In this document: piece after piece, positions 13,661-28,816 of the stretch
How the letters are laid out: every line of letters starts with the position of its first letter
Position numbering within the stretch: the first letter of the stretch is position 1
Assembly: GCA_964016885.1 (NCBI GenBank)
Contig: OZ024741.1
Span: 365,738,001 to 365,802,000 of the forward strand
DNA from: Eledone cirrhosa
Lineage: Eukaryota
Length of the DNA: 64,000 nt
Direction of reading: 5' to 3'
Notes under the pieces: generated by a model
What the model was told of the DNA's origin: nothing
The model's input: only the letters and a program-made list of their open reading frames with translations
Databases searched by the model: none
Made by a program: the position numbers and the translations under genes

Positions 13661-14109
13661 ATTGGATTAGAAAATTTCGCCGTAACTTTGATTAAATAAG
13701 ATAGTCTAATAATAGTTTGAACGGAAATGGATGGGCATCACAATACTTTCCCTTTATATATATGACAAATTATAAAGTAAGAAGAAATAATAGATACAGA
13801 TATATATCTATTTTTTCTTCAAAGTCCCGACTGTACAGTTTCGCTGGTAAGTATGCAACAATCTTATATCATAGAGATGCAACATTGTTGTGAGGTAAGC
13901 CAGCTTTTCAAGGGAACATCTCAGGGAAAGACACGTCCGTAGCAAGCGAGAAAATTTAAAAAAGGCAGGGGGAGATATTACCATGTGATACACCGGTCAA
14001 GAAGGGGTTAAATTCCTTGTAGCAATGAAAAATATCTCAGAAGACGGAAGGAGATATTGATATGATATTGAGGCTGATACCGAGGCTATATATAGTTCTA
14101 TGTGTGTGT

Positions 14110-14492
14110 GTGTTTTAAGGACAACATGAAAACACACACATAGAACAAACGACCAACCAGTAACATGTAAATAAACAAATATAAACACACACATACACCC
14201 GGATGTAACACATGCGCAAACTAAGCACACAACAAAAACAAGATGGCGTAGGACAGAACAAAGGAGAGGCACAAAAACAAAGAAAAAAATCCCCAGTCAC
14301 TGAAGAGGTCACACAATGTGTGACGAAAGAACTTTGACAATATATGAACAATCGTCTGGTTGTGGAACCAACCAACCAACCGGAAATTTATAAATTCCTA
14401 AATTTATAAATTTAATTTATAATAAATTGAAGTGAAAGCAACTGGTGCGTGTGTTTCTTATTGGCAACATGACCCTCCCAAAGCATAACAAT
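14110..14492 (+). mobile_element. Solo pLTR of PLE family A with HHR at 14296-14338 (more degenerate copy at ~17340-17492)
   Basis: Homologous to 985-1400 (reverse complement); gtca CTGAAGA gGTCAC..GTGAC GAAA gaac TT tgac; ends at atgaccctcccaaagcataacaa-(TA)n. Confidence 0.8.
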
Positions 14493-14501
14493 ATATATAT
14501 G

Positions 14502-14532
<31 letters not shown>

Positions 14533-15054
14533 ATACATATGTATACACACACACATATATAAATGTGTATATATGTATATACATATATATATGTATTTAT
14601 ATATATATGTATTTATATATATATGTGTGTGTGTGTGTGTGTCTGTGTGTGTGTTTGTTGGTAGATACATATATATATATATATATATATATGTTTTACT
14701 AGCTTCAGTCATTAGACTGTAACCATACTGTCAATTCCATTTCTACAACCAATTACTATAGTTTTCTAGAAATCTTGATGAAACGAGGTACGGTGCTGAG
14801 CTGTCATATTTCCATATTTCCCAAACACTTTGCAATGTTCTCCAGCTTATACCAATCATTGATAGTTGATAAAGAGCAACATAAAATATCAGCTATGTTA
14901 ATATCGTTATTTACACCCTTGTCTCTCTAGATATAGAAAATTGTCACCTTACAGTGCGAGGTTTTTGACGCCACTAGTGAAATGCAACGTTACAAACAAT
15001 TTATGTTTGGTTAATAATGGCTGATTATTATTATGTCTGATTATTATTAAAGCC

Positions 15055-15245
15055 GAGGGGGATTGACAGTATCGTTAGAAGGTCGGACGCCATGCTTTGC
15101 AGCATAGAGTTATGATCCTTTACGAACTAAGTTCAAATCCCGCCGAGGTTAACTTTGCCTTTCATCCTTACGGGATCGATAAAATAAAGTACTAGTAATG
15201 CACTGGGGTAATTGCTGGCCTTGTGCCAAAAGTAGAAACATTTAT
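15055..15245 (+). mobile_element. Octopus-type SINE
   Basis: Same consensus as 28817-29191. Confidence 0.75.
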
Positions 15246-16403
15246 TATAGTCTGTTGTAAATGACTAAGATAAATGAAATTACAGCTAGTATGAGGTAGC
15301 CATCGGCTGTTTGTTTCTTCTCCTACAGTTAATACTCTCACTCATATTTTCAGTTAAGTGTTGACGTCAATCGCATCATATACAGTGATCGATGAAGATC
15401 TTGCTAGAAGGAAGGCTAGATCTCCGTCCATTTGTTTGATCAACTTCCTTGTGAAAGTAACGTGCAACTAGCCGAGCAGTGTGTGACAAGTCTGGTCCTT
15501 TGAATAACATGTAGTTTCCGTTTATCCAATTTCAGTGACAATATGCTGAAGATCGACCTGTCGTTAAAATTAATTTTTAATGAGATTCAGCGTGACACAG
15601 TGAGTAAGAGGGATCATTTAAATTATATGACTATCTTCGAAACTATTTCCATCTTATTCATTAGTGTTGGCTCTATCCGAAATTTTGTTAAATGACAAAA
15701 TACCAGATAGGTGAATCTAACCTAGGATTTTATTTTAGCGAAGTGAACTTCTTAAACATTCGGCCATACTGCATCCACACAACTTTATAACTTATTAATA
15801 ACCTTATTAATAACCTGGCGATTATTGTGATTTATGTTAAAAGGATATGTGATCTGAAAGGTTGAGGTAATGGAATTACATCTAATGTGTGTTAACCATA
15901 GATTGGAGCTCGGTAACGTTACTAGTGTTGTACTCTCAGACTAAAACGATGAATTGGAGCCGGGGCTAGAATGGTGGATAGAATGCCTTGCGGAATTTGT
16001 GATGGCTATCTGAGTTCTGAGGTCAAATGACACAGGTCAACTTTGCCTTTCATCCCTTCTAGGTTGATTAATAAAGTACCACTCTAACGACAGTGGATTT
16101 GGCGGTATAGATAAAGAGTCAGGTGTGATGCTTTGGTTTATCCAATCCACCGCTAACGATCTCTTTTTAATACACATTATCTTCTGTTTTCTGGAAGTAA
16201 TCAGCTCATACCTGGAGAGGGATATGCACTCCCAGGTTTAATATGTCCAAGACACGCCGCGTATAGCGATAGTGCACCTATGGCTCCATCATAGTTTCAG
16301 GGCCCATTGATTGATTGTCAGACTGATCAGTTTTGTGCTGACGTCAATGTCATATATATATATAGCACAGCCAAAAATATGTATATATATTTATATATAT
16401 ATA

Positions 16404-16742
16404 TATATCACATAAGAAACGGAGAATCAGTGGTGCGACGAATTAAAATGTATTAGACATATTACAATCGTTTCTCTGGCGACCAGCTTGAGACAAGATC
16501 GATGCAATGATCGAACCTTACTCTGAAATCGCAAGATCCTCAGATACGTCTCGATGTTTCGAAGCAGAATTTCCAATTGGAGCTGGTCGCCAGAGGAACG
16601 ATTGTAATATGTCTAATAAATGTTAATTCGTCGCACCACAGATTCTCCGTTTCTTATGTGATATTATACTCTGCTCTGTAAGAGCATCGAGTGTTCAAAC
16701 GGCCTACCCCTTACGGACGCTTTAAGTATCCTACACCAATTA
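16404..16742. mobile_element. Fold-back PLE-type element: ~80-bp inverted repeats, minus-strand HHR at 16460-16546, 3' tail
   Basis: IR 16404-16486 / 16580-16663; tat CTGAGGA tcttgcga..tcgccaga GAAA cgattg TA ata; (TA)n on both sides. Confidence 0.72.
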
Positions 16743-16838
16743 TATATATATAACAAAAATAATAATGCTGATGTTACATAAATAATATATATATATATAT
16801 ATATATATACGAACACGCACACACACACATACATTTAT

Positions 16839-16890
<52 letters not shown>

Positions 16891-17211
16891 CAGAGGAGAG
16901 AGACTGACCGATAGAAGAGATGAAATGTTACTAGTGAAGACTAGTCATACCATTATTCAACTTAGAACTCCATACTTAAAGAAAGTAGAGTGTGATTTTA
17001 TCATGAGGAAGAATGGACGTAGAGCTTAACACCAATAACGAAAAAATATAAAAAAGCATTTAGCTTGATAGTCGGTCATTCTGTTGTCACACACACGGAC
17101 ACTTACATATGCACACACACATTCACACACACAAACACACATACATGCACACACACACACATATACACATACACACACAAGCACGCACACACAAACATAC
17201 ACACACACACA

Positions 17212-17310
<99 letters not shown>

Positions 17311-17500
17311 TGAATTTGTTTTGCACGATTTCTTATCTGAAAACGTTTGAGGAGGTCACAGGATGTGTGACAAAAGAGTTTTAACAAAATATAAACAACC
17401 AAACAATCAACCGGAAATTTATAATAAATTGAAGTGAAACCGACAGGTGCGTGTGAATTTATTGACAACATGACCCTCCCAAAGTATAATATATATATAG

Positions 17501-17564
<64 letters not shown>

Positions 17565-17709
17565 CGGAGGAATTGTGGTAAGGAACCAGATGGACCATAA
17601 CGCACCAGAGTACTCAATACTTATGGTAGTAGAGTTTCGACGGCTATTTCTGGACTAGTCCAGAAATAGCCGTCGAAACGGCTTGAGCTCTGCCGTCGGG
17701 ATCATACCT

Positions 17710-17758
<49 letters not shown>

Positions 17759-18361
17759 TTGTATATTTATGTGTGTAATATAAACGACGCAGTTACTGCA
17801 AAATTCACACTACAGTTCAGTCATCTAAAATATATTTAAAACCATCTTAGCAACATGCGCAATCCCATTGTATAGAAGTAGTTTTGCTAGATAATTATAT
17901 AGAATCAAACCTCCTTGGTGTAGCCTAACACATTAACTTGAGAAATTACAGCAGTAGTTGTTGTTGCTGTTTATGTTGTTATTTTCTTCTGAATTGAAGT
18001 CAGGAAGTAGTTTAATTCTGTATATATAGTTTGCTGTTAATAATTTTACTTTGATGTCATAAACATCAATAGAACCTAAACAAGCTGACCGTGGAGAAAG
18101 GTATGAGAAACATTAATGGTAATATCATTATTATTAATGTTATCAGATGTTATCGAAATTAAATATTTGCTCTGCATTTACAAAATATCTACATTGTGGT
18201 GGATATATAGATATATCAAGTCAACATTCTGAGTTTTATATGGTACCTCGTGCGCCTCTAATGACACGGCTACATGGGAATTAATGAGGATGGCGATACA
18301 TAAATGCTCTTTAGGGAAAATATTTTACAAATGGCCATTGCTCACGGTACATATATATATA

Positions 18362-18410
<49 letters not shown>

Positions 18411-18499
18411 ATGTAAAAGGTAAACAGAAATAACAACAGAATCGGTACAGTATATGCAAGGAATTTATTAGCTTAACGCTTGATATAGCAGGCAGCGTG

Positions 18500-18535
18500 T
18501 CTTAACGTTTCGGACGCTAATCCTTCATCAGAAGA
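18500..18535 (-). ncRNA. Canonical minimal PLE-type HHR
   Basis: tctt CTGATGA aGGA ttagcg TCC GAAA CG TT aaga; AATAAA ~30 nt downstream. Confidence 0.75.
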
Positions 18536-21500
18536 AAGTAGTAATATTCGCTTTATTTATATGACTAATTCTCCCCAAGAAGAATTATGAACGGTGTATC
18601 ATTAATGGATTTCTAAGAAACGTATGGAATTGTCTCCAGTAAAACAGTATTTATACAAAGCAACTCTATATGAAAAGTTGTAATCAAAATCATTTCATGT
18701 TACCTTCTAACATGATCAAAGTCAGAAATTAGGAGAGGGCGTTAAATCGATTCATTCTACGCATTTACTTCATTAATACCTAATTTTAGTGAATCCAAAC
18801 CACAAATGCCAGTAATTAAATATCGTTAGGTATTTTGACCGACGCCCTAAACATTATGAAAATCCACCATTTTTGAATTTAGTATAATAATACACTATCA
18901 GTTTCATCTATGAATTCGTATAGAAAATATATTACACGAGCCACATAAATCCGCTGTAGAATTGCTATCTATTGCAAATTATGTTGCAAAATGTTTAACT
19001 AGAGCTACTGATTGTAATTAGGCAAGTTATTATGCTTCGCATTATACCACACATGAACAATTTTATCTTTAATACTTAAGTTTACTCAGGGTAATCATAC
19101 ACGCATTTAAATCGTTTAGTCAGAGTAGAAAGAGAGTTCCACATATGACTCATCAGGGGCATCTGAGACAGGAATAATTATCTTTAAACTAGAGAGCTGA
19201 CTTGAATCTTTGTAACAGAGAAGAATCCATAAAAGAACACCAAAATCAGACGGAAATATTCAATAGGTCGACAGTTTAGTTTTTAACAAATACGAAAATA
19301 AGAACCCTTGCAAAAGTTTCGGCCACCACATTCCACTCAAAGAGCCTTTTTGACCGTCTAATATGGTTAATTACACTTTCCCAATAACGTCACATGTGGT
19401 ATTATTGAAACACATCCACGCATTTTCCTAACCATCTAGTGCTGTCTGCGCCCAACTGAAATGTTTGAGGTGTTACTTCAGAATGACTAGAATGGTAGTG
19501 AAATATAACAACAGAGATGCATGTCTTTAAAGGTCAAATATCTTCTACACTCCGCTATCAGCATTACACGTGAACATAAAATCTATTAACATGTAATATA
19601 TCTAACAACGGTGTTAACAGCTTCCACTTACGTCAATACACTTGTCAGACAGAACTTAAAAGTTTCTCCATCAAACACATTATCAAATGGTATAACATAA
19701 CAATCGGTTTTTAAGTAATTCCACAATATGCATCAAAATTTCATAACGATAATGTCAGAAACGAGGATATTCTGAAACTCTTAAACATTCACATAAAATT
19801 CTGACAAGAACAGCTTGGATTATAGCTGAAAAATACTAAAAGTAAATCAATAAATTTCATTTCCCGAAGCCGACCCTTATGTACTGTAAATATAGTAAGT
19901 AAATACGGCCATCATTATTGTCACTGCAATGATATAAATAACAACGTGTGGCTGTACAAAATATCGGTCATGTCCATTAATATTGGTTAATGAAAGGTAG
20001 TAGACGTAAAGAAGAGACAATTTTCACAGTGGAAAACTATTGAATTATATTAATTAGAATAAAGATTGATATAATGCAAGGCACACAGCCTTAAACTTTT
20101 GCTGGAGTGGGATATGTTTATAGTTTTTATTCTTAGTTTTAGCTTTCTATTATAATCTCATTTCCATCGAAGATGTTTTATAAGATATTAAATCAACTCT
20201 ATTACTATACAGGTATTTTACTGTCCCTCGACTATGAAAAGTAAAGTTTACTTACATTAAGATGTTAATTCTGAGAGAAAGTAATAATTAAATACCAACA
20301 AGATAATTTTATCAGACGTTCCGACCAATTAAATCGACTCAGAAACTTGACTGCTATATATTTTATAAACCTTGGAAGGAAGGAAGACAAAATATAACCT
20401 AGAGGTATTTGAAATTAGAATCTAGGTTTATATAAGTAGAGAGAATTCTACTATTTGCATGTAAAACCCTCAGTGAGGAAACACATCGCTCATAGTGCGA
20501 TGTAGTACTGCTAAAAATTTGATGCATGTTTCGTTAGTTTACAGCGCTGCGTTCAATGCTTACTGTCAGTATTAATTTGAAAGTAATTGCTCCATTAAGC
20601 TGATTAAAGTCATGAAATTAGGTATACCAGTTCTATAACTACGCCATTATAAAATGTGTCGTTCAGGCATCATCGTCGTCATGGTCGCTGTTGTGTTGTT
20701 GTTTAGCCATTAGTCAAACCTGGTCGTGTAGATTTATATGATCTACGGAATTCAATCTAGATTTTCATTATTTACGATACTAGCTAGAATATGTGAATTC
20801 AGAGAGATTTGGTTGTTGTTTCTAACATACATAAAAACCGATTAGGAAGCAAGTAAAATGAACGATTTCAAGAGTCGATAACAACGATGTCATGAAAGTC
20901 CAGACATGAACGCATTTCTTACTCCTGTGCTCCCCAACTTAAAAGGCAGCTAAATTACAGAGTTGGTAGAGCGTCAGATTAAATGCCCCCGTATTTGTTC
21001 CGGGTAACTGGGCACTAAGTTCATATCTCGCCGAGGTCAACTAGCCTTTCTGCTGTTCGGGGTCGATAAATAAAGTGCCAATCTAGTAGCAGTGGGCTGA
21101 CGATGCTTTGGTGTATTTGATCTACCTCTGTATGATTTGAGAAGAAATCCTGACCCCTTCTGTCGGGGAATACGTGATAGTATCAACAATAGAGAGACCA
21201 ATGTAATCATTGTTTTCTTGGTCCAATGTGACGATTGGTCTCTTTCTTTTCCTTCAACTTAAAACCGAAATAACTCATAGCCTGTAAATAAAAGGTAATG
21301 TGCCGATATATGTTGCTACAAAGTGTGCCTTAACATTAAATAGTAATTAAGTTAATAAAAGGAAAATCATGAAATTTAGATTATTCAACATGCCATATTT
21401 CAATTTTAATTGGAGCTCTTCGGTGTAGGGTCGAACATTCGAAAGGCAGATTAAATATAATAGAGAAATGTGTTCACTAAACCTATATGTTTTGCTAGTC

Positions 21501-21970
21501 TTAAAAGATATGCAAACACAGGAAAATGGCAGCAACCTAAAAAGTAAAAACATAACATGAACGGAAAAAAAAAACATTTTAAGCTAAATTGAGTTTATAT
21601 CATTCGTTTCTTTTCTTTTCTCTACTATTCATACATGTGCGTGTGAATTTTTCCTTCTTTTGAATTGTCCGAAAGATTTGTTCCAAGAACAATTATCGGA
21701 AAATGAAGGCAAATGTATATTTCACTCTAATATAGTCAGTCAATTGTTATCAACGATATATGGCCATTTTATTCAATCACAAAGAGGAGGGCGGTGCAAA
21801 TGACGGCGCTTTTAATAGGATATATATATACTCGTATATTTGTGCACATATCTGGTGTACACATGAATCTATTTATTGTATATACATGGATGTATATTAT
21901 ATATATATGTGTGTGTGTATAATAAATATATATATATATATATACACATATATACACACACACATATATA

Positions 21971-22170
21971 NNNNNNNNNNNNNNNNNNNNNNNNNNNNNN
22001 NNNNNNNNNNNNNNNNNNNNNNNNNNNNNNNNNNNNNNNNNNNNNNNNNNNNNNNNNNNNNNNNNNNNNNNNNNNNNNNNNNNNNNNNNNNNNNNNNNNN
22101 NNNNNNNNNNNNNNNNNNNNNNNNNNNNNNNNNNNNNNNNNNNNNNNNNNNNNNNNNNNNNNNNNNNNNN
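21971..22170. other. Assembly gap (200 N)
   Basis: Run of N. Confidence 0.99.
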
Positions 22171-22559
22171 ACTGCACTTGTGACAATTATTGACACATAG
22201 GGCTGGGCCCATGATACCATGTGACGACAAGTGCAGAGAGATCTCCAGATATAAAGCAATGCCTGTGCCGCGAAGCTTTTATAGTGAGCAAAGGCACTGC
22301 ACAAAGCCAGTCCCACTCTCTTAACCAAGATGATATTTACCAAAAAGAAGAACATGTCAACATCATTGGATACCATCAGGGTTGCAGGTGTTATATCAGA
22401 GTTTTCCTTCTCCTAGAATTCTGCCTTGACAAAGGCTAAGGGGTCATCTCTCCCGGGAAGCATCTACCTCAGAATCATGAGAATATTTGTCCGCACTTTT
22501 TATTCTTGAAATTCCCAATCAAGGACTATGAAGTAGAAGAAATTAAGCCAAAAGGAATG

Positions 22560-22780
22560 AATTTACTTAAGACTTGAAAGAGATCGGGTAATAAAAAGGA
22601 GGAAAACAATGACATAGAAAAGAATTCCAAAGTCTGGTAGTTTTAGGGAAAAGGCTACGAATGTAGAAATACTTCTGTATTCGTTGAACCACAACAGCAA
22701 CTGAATAAAGACACTGTGAGTTTCGTCTTAGTCGAGTTGGCTCAAAGTGATCTGGAATCACTTGGCTGAAGAAGACCATA
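22560..22780 (-). mobile_element. 3' end of a Jockey/CR1-superclade LINE
   Basis: RSLFPKTTRLWNSF..FP..Y..SFKS, the typical ORF2 C-terminal motif. Confidence 0.6.
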
Positions 22781-23682
22781 ACTATGAATTAATTTGACAG
22801 TGGCACTTTAAGCCTGCCTAGCTATGTTTTGACATACTTTACAAAATAACACTAAAATAAATAAATAAAGGTACACCTTTGAATATCAGTATCCAGAGGT
22901 GTATTCTTATATATAGTAATGTATTTTCTTCGCCGACAAATAGATTTTCAGAACTCTCACAACCTATTCTCATGAATATTCCTTGCTCAACGTTTCTTCT
23001 TGCCTTAGGAGCTGGTTGGTGACTAATCGGGCCAGTCGTGTACTTATATACGTAGGTCTATACATAATACATATCTCCATGCATATTTACAGACATACAT
23101 GCATACATACACATACACACACATACGGGTATGCGTGCATACATTCATGCATACACACTCATACATACACACACATATGTGTGTGTATGTATGAGTGACT
23201 GTGGCAGAGTCCTATCAGAAGCACCTCCAATTTATCTTGCTGGATTCCCAAGCGAGGCCAACCAAGCTCAATGAAAAAATGTGGCTCCGGATCCGGGAAT
23301 CAAATACCGTTCTCGAAAGACAACCTTTTGCTTAAGGTGATTCCTGGTGATACAAAGCCATATCGTTAAAAAATGACCAAAAAGACTTCACGTGCACAAG
23401 TACATGCAGACACACACACACACACATATATATATATGTATATAGTGTCAAGGGGTTCCGGAGACTAGATATAGAGTGTAGAAAACATTATGATCAATGT
23501 TAAGTACAGTTAATTTATCAAAAATATATGTATGTGTATATGACATGTGAGTGGAAATATATATGTGTGTATAGGTATAGATATATATATAAATCGATTG
23601 ATGGAGAGAGAGAGAAAGAGACAGGGAGAAAGTGTATATGTAGGTATCTCCCTCTTTCTCACTCTCTCTCTCACTCTCTCTG

Positions 23683-23823
23683 TCTGGACGACCGAGGCTA
23701 ACATATGTTGATGCCCTAAGGACAGACACTGGTCTCTTGGAGACGCAGGACATGGCATCGATAATGAGGGACAGAGACCGCTGGAGAGTACTCGTCCATG
23801 GATCTCGGGAATTTTACCCGCTC
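23683..23823 (+). mobile_element. RTE LINE 3' fragment
   Basis: GRPRLTYVDALRTDTG..RDRDRWR; same 3' end as the 46326 copy. Confidence 0.75.
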
Positions 23824-23872
23824 TAGATTGATAGATATATGAATAAATTATATATATATTTATATATGTGTA

Positions 23873-23970
<98 letters not shown>

Positions 23971-24219
23971 GGTGAGAGAGAGAGAGAAAGCGAGAGAGAT
24001 GCGCATACAGCTATATAAATATGTATGTGACTGTGTGTACCTGTGTACGTGAAATCCTTTTCATCGCTTGTGAAGGATATGGTTTTATATTTATGGAATC
24101 TCCAATTAAATAGTGAACCTGATATCCCTTCTCTACACCAACACCAGAGCCTGACGTTATGCCCGAATTCTTTTAGGTACTGGCTGGAGTGTTCCACGGA
24201 GATACATTACCTCCATAGA

Positions 24220-25095
24220 TTTTCATCATCGCAGTGGACTATTGTATGCGCCTTATACAGGAGAAACACCGTAATTCGTACTTCCGTCACATCGAGTCAG
24301 AGCAGCAGAGATAAGGCTAAAAAGATATCAGATGCTGAATTTTCTGACGAAATATCTTTAGTGACAAAGACGGTGAAGAAGGATGAGGAGTTAATGCGAA
24401 AGAAGGAGACTGTGTCCATGGGTTTGGTGCTGAAAATGGATGAGAGTGTGACGAAGTAACTGGGGGGGAACATCAAGGAGCCAAAGGGGAGTATGAATGG
24501 AGGCAGGAAGCCGCTATATTTGGTTGAGGACTTTATGTATCTGGGAGTAAAGATTGGGAACACAGAGGATGATGTTGTGGAGAGGAAGAGCAATGCCTGG
24601 GCGGCGTGTTACAGTTTGTGTCGGCTAAAATCGGACTTTCATAAAGACCGGAAGATCCATCTCTTCGTCAATACATTGGAACCTGTGCTGCTATACGTGT
24701 TGGAGACTTGGACGGTGACCAAGAGACTCACTCAGATGGTGGATGTGTGCAACACGAAGATGCTGAGGATGGCTATGAACATTAACCAGTAGGCGCTGAA
24801 AATATAGAACTCAGAGCTGTAAGGGAGCCTACCAAAAGACAGCTCGAACGTGACACAGGTGAGACTGAGGTTAGTTGGACTAACAGATGCTCACAGATAT
24901 TCAGAGCTTACAATGCAATCAGGCGTTCTCTGGGAACCTTTATACGTACACTCTGGAAGAGGGAGATCAAGGATGACATAGGTTGATGCTGTATGTTCAG
25001 ACACTGGTCTTGGGAGACACGGGATATAGCGGTGATGATGAAGAACAGAGTCCGCTGGATAGAACTGGTCCATGGATCTCAGGAATTCTATCTGC
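24220..25095 (+). mobile_element. Degenerate RTE-clade LINE (RT C-terminal half)
   Basis: SDAEFSDEISL, VEDFMYLG, VLLYVLETWT; multiple stops. Confidence 0.8.
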
Positions 25096-25096
25096 C

Positions 25097-25185
<89 letters not shown>

Positions 25186-25189
25186 CCGA

Positions 25190-25897
25190 ACATTCGTGTA
25201 TTTACATGTAGGTATGTGTGTGCGCTTGTTATATACGTATTTATTTATTTATATACGTTTATATAATTATTTATTTATTTGTATACACGCATACACACAC
25301 ACACATATTTATATGTGCGTGGTTTTGTTTACCTATGGTAAGTTTTTGCGTATGCTTGTGTATGTACGTATTTGTTTGCGTGTATGTATTTATTTATTTC
25401 TATTACTTCTGTATTGTATTTATTTAATTTGTTCTTAACTCTGTAGCGGAGATTCATTCGGTCTCCGAGTTAGAATTTTAGTCTACGACTTCTGCTATAC
25501 CATTTACGTGGTTTTGTCTTTGCGTGCTATTGTTCTCCACGCTCCACATATGACGTATTATCCTCGTTTTTTTCGTTCATTGCCAGAGAACGTCTCTATG
25601 CACCACCTAAGAGAACATTAGTCTACGGCCTCTTTTATACCATAAACGTGGTTCTGTCTTTGCGCGTAATTGTTTTTCCCCGCTCCTATTAATGACGTAT
25701 TATATTCGTTTTTTCCCGTTCTTTGCCAGGGAACGTTACCACAAACCAAAGTATCGTCTTCCTGTCTTCCTCCGGTTGCAACGTTTTTTGAAATATCCAC
25801 TTCTGCGTTTTCAGATTGACTTTGTTAGTTTCGGAAGATCCCGTTAAGGGTGAAAGCAGCGATTCTTTGCTTAAACTTTAATCTGTTATTTTAATAT
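25190..25897 (+). mobile_element. 3'UTR/pLTR copy of the PLE at 52060-53700
   Basis: High similarity to 52800-53610, including the ~140-bp internal repeat; ends at (TA)n. Confidence 0.7.
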
Positions 25898-25916
25898 ATA
25901 TATATATATATATATA

Positions 25917-26179
25917 TGTAAAGTTATATTTAAAATTGTTGGGTTACAACTAGTAAATATTTATAACTGATATAAAAGCACTCTGTATTTTCACTGCTAG
26001 CGTAAACCTCTTCAAATGAAGTTGATGTTTATTACGGTATGTCGAATATATTTATCTATAAAACTGTTTATATTGTATTTTGTCTGATGAAGGCATAGCA
26101 TATTGTTAATATGATATCCCCGAAATATATATAATGAAATAAATATGGTTTTATAAATATAGTTTTCCATTTATTTAAT

Positions 26180-26185
<6 letters not shown>
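25917..26185. mobile_element. Rearranged pLTR of the 38490-40980 PLE family, HHR at 26080-26137 (+)
   Basis: ttgt CTGATGA aggcata..tatcccc GAAA tatata TA atga. Confidence 0.65.
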
Positions 26186-26253
<68 letters not shown>

Positions 26254-27457
26254 TAAGTTTATCCCGGGTAACCACAGTAAGTAAGGTACTCAATACAAAG
26301 CAGAGTATAACTATTTAATATAGAAAGGCTTCTACAGGACTAGCCCTGATGGGATTCCTGATGATTTCTCCCGAATGAAATACCTCTTGTCCTCTAGATG
26401 CCTTTTTATATTATATATATTTATATAGGGATTGTAACGTCCAGTTACTGTAGGTTCACCTGAGTGAGCACTTGATACGTAGTTTCCAATAAGTATATAG
26501 CTGTAGTACTAAGCAGAGTGTAATAATGATAATAAAAAGGACGATTTGTTATGTCTTCATTACGTTTAATGAGTAGTGACGCGCATTCACTATCGATCAG
26601 CTCAAGTTTCTATCTGTATCGATGTAGCTCGACTCTGGAATCAAAAGCTCGTCGGACCTCTCTTGTGGTAATGTCATTTCCAGCTGAGTAAACTTGATCA
26701 AACGCCTTGCTCAAGATTACAACTCGCCAACCCATTCCTGAATTGAATTCGCGTCTATATGATCGTGAGTCCATCACTCTAATCACTAAGCCATGCGTCA
26801 ACACTATTCGACCAAATAGAACAATACAGTTCTTGGCTGGGCGTTCCACTGACACGTGTACACGGAAAGTAATTATCATGGATATTCGGCGTTACACAAA
26901 GTGTGGCAAAGTTTGCCTTTTGAGTTAGAGGAACGACTCATTTTTTCCTGTTATTAGATTATAGCAACGTGCATTCCAGTTCTGGATCATCAGGACTTAC
27001 GATGGTGGAATGATACATCTTAACCACTAAGCCATGTGCCTTCACTTCCATCAAATTATACGCATTAGGCACTTATTTTTATACGAATGTAATTTAATTG
27101 ATATATTCGATTCATGTATTATGCAGTAGACGCTGCTTTCGTAATTAAATTTTCCTGAATATACACTTACTTTCTGTATGCCATTAATTCTTAGATATTA
27201 TCAAAGAGCTTATCCTTGAAACCTTGAACTTCGTATTTAGATTTAACCCGAAAGTATACACGAAAGCAAATCAAATCAATGTTTCTTATTTAAGAATACA
27301 ACTATGTTATATATTTATAATTCATACGCATCTTATAACAGGCATACACATTCAATATATTATTATCTAGATTATATATATACACTGGGTAATTGCTGGC
27401 CTTGTCCCAAAAGTAGAAACAATTATCTATCTATCTCTCTCTCTATATATATATATA

Positions 27458-27720
27458 GGGCGTGTAAAATTCCCGAGTACATGGACGAGTTCTCTCCAGC
27501 GGTCTCTGTCCCTCATTGTCGCTGCCATGTCCTGCGTCTCCAACAGACCAGTGTCTGTTCTTAGGGCATCAACATACGTTAACATTGGTCTTCCTCTTCC
27601 AGTGTGTCCATTTAGGGGCTCCCACAGGAGCACTGAGTGCAATGTCAACTCTGTATGTCGGTGAGCATGTCCAGCTAACCTCAATCTCCTCTGTGTCACT
27701 TTTGAGCTGACTTTTGGGAT
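27458..27720 (-). mobile_element. RTE LINE 3' end
   Basis: RRLRLAGHAHRH..LLWEP..GRGRP.TYVD..DRDRWR. Confidence 0.85.
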
Positions 27721-27804
27721 ATATAATCATTGAAGAACTGCTAGACTGTGTCAGATTTATTTTTTCTGAATATGTTATTAAAATAAATTGGATTACTTTT
27801 ATCA

Positions 27805-28100
27805 TATAATAATAATAATAATGAAATATTGTGTACAGTGCTCAGGTGCACTACAACTCATCAAAAAGTGTATGTATAGTACATAGGGTAATGTACAAAC
27901 GTCAGGAAAATGAACAGTGCATGAGTCATGGTATACACATGTGTGCATGTGTATGGAAGGGGTACATCAGGTGTAGTTTTGGCGTATTTCAGGGAAGCAT
28001 GAGGGTTTTAAAGGATGCAGTTTCTCGGCAGCTAACAACTGACACAGGCAGTTTGTTCCATGCTTCAGCAGCTCTGAGCGTGAAAAAATGTTTACGAATG
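27805..28100 (-). mobile_element. CR1/L2-type LINE 3' end with AAT-repeat tail
   Basis: Minus-strand KHFFTLRAAEAWNKLPVSVVS..ASFK. Confidence 0.65.
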
Positions 28101-28816
28101 AATATTATGTAATTTATCTACTAAATTTCTTAGTTCTTGTTTAAACATAAATATTCTTATATATAATGTATTGCTTATTTCATGATTCACTTCTTTTAAA
28201 ATGTTCAAATGTCAACGTTTCCGTTAGCGTATGTTACATCATAACATTTCGCCGTACGCTATATGTTCATCACTATATCATATCAGTTATATATTATTAT
28301 ATATAAACGCTCCTATATTTGCCTCGTTATATTTCTGTCGCTAATCTCAGTTTCACCTTTTTTCGTTTTAACATACATTTATTGATTTCTGTTCTCCTTT
28401 TTCGTTTTAACATATTTATTTCTATGATTTCACTGTAGGTCCGTTAGTGTTCGTTATATCATGACGTTTACTTATTTCTATCGATATATCATAACGTTTT
28501 ATATTCCCGTTGGTAATCTTATTTTCTCCTTTTTCGTTTTCATAACATTTTGCCGTAATGCAGTTTATATATAATATCGTCTTTTTTTAATGTACCATGG
28601 ATTAAATTGCTGATTACCGAAGAGAATATAACAGTCTCTCTTCAGTTTCTATGCATATTGTCAATTTACTTTTCGTTTTAATTATCATATCTACATTGAT
28701 ATATATTTGCATATAATACAAATATGCACACTACACTTGCTAGCAGAAAACCGGCCGCAGGGTCGTTTTTCTGCTAGTGTAGATAATATATTATAGATGC
28801 ATTATATATTGCATTA

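Noticed and set aside
17760-21750. Relatively repeat-poor stretch as a possible host gene
   Set aside because: No supported ORF or exon by eye; contains decayed SINE traces. Small exons cannot be excluded without RNA data.
21760-22376. ORFs containing X runs
   Set aside because: Artefacts of the 200-N gap
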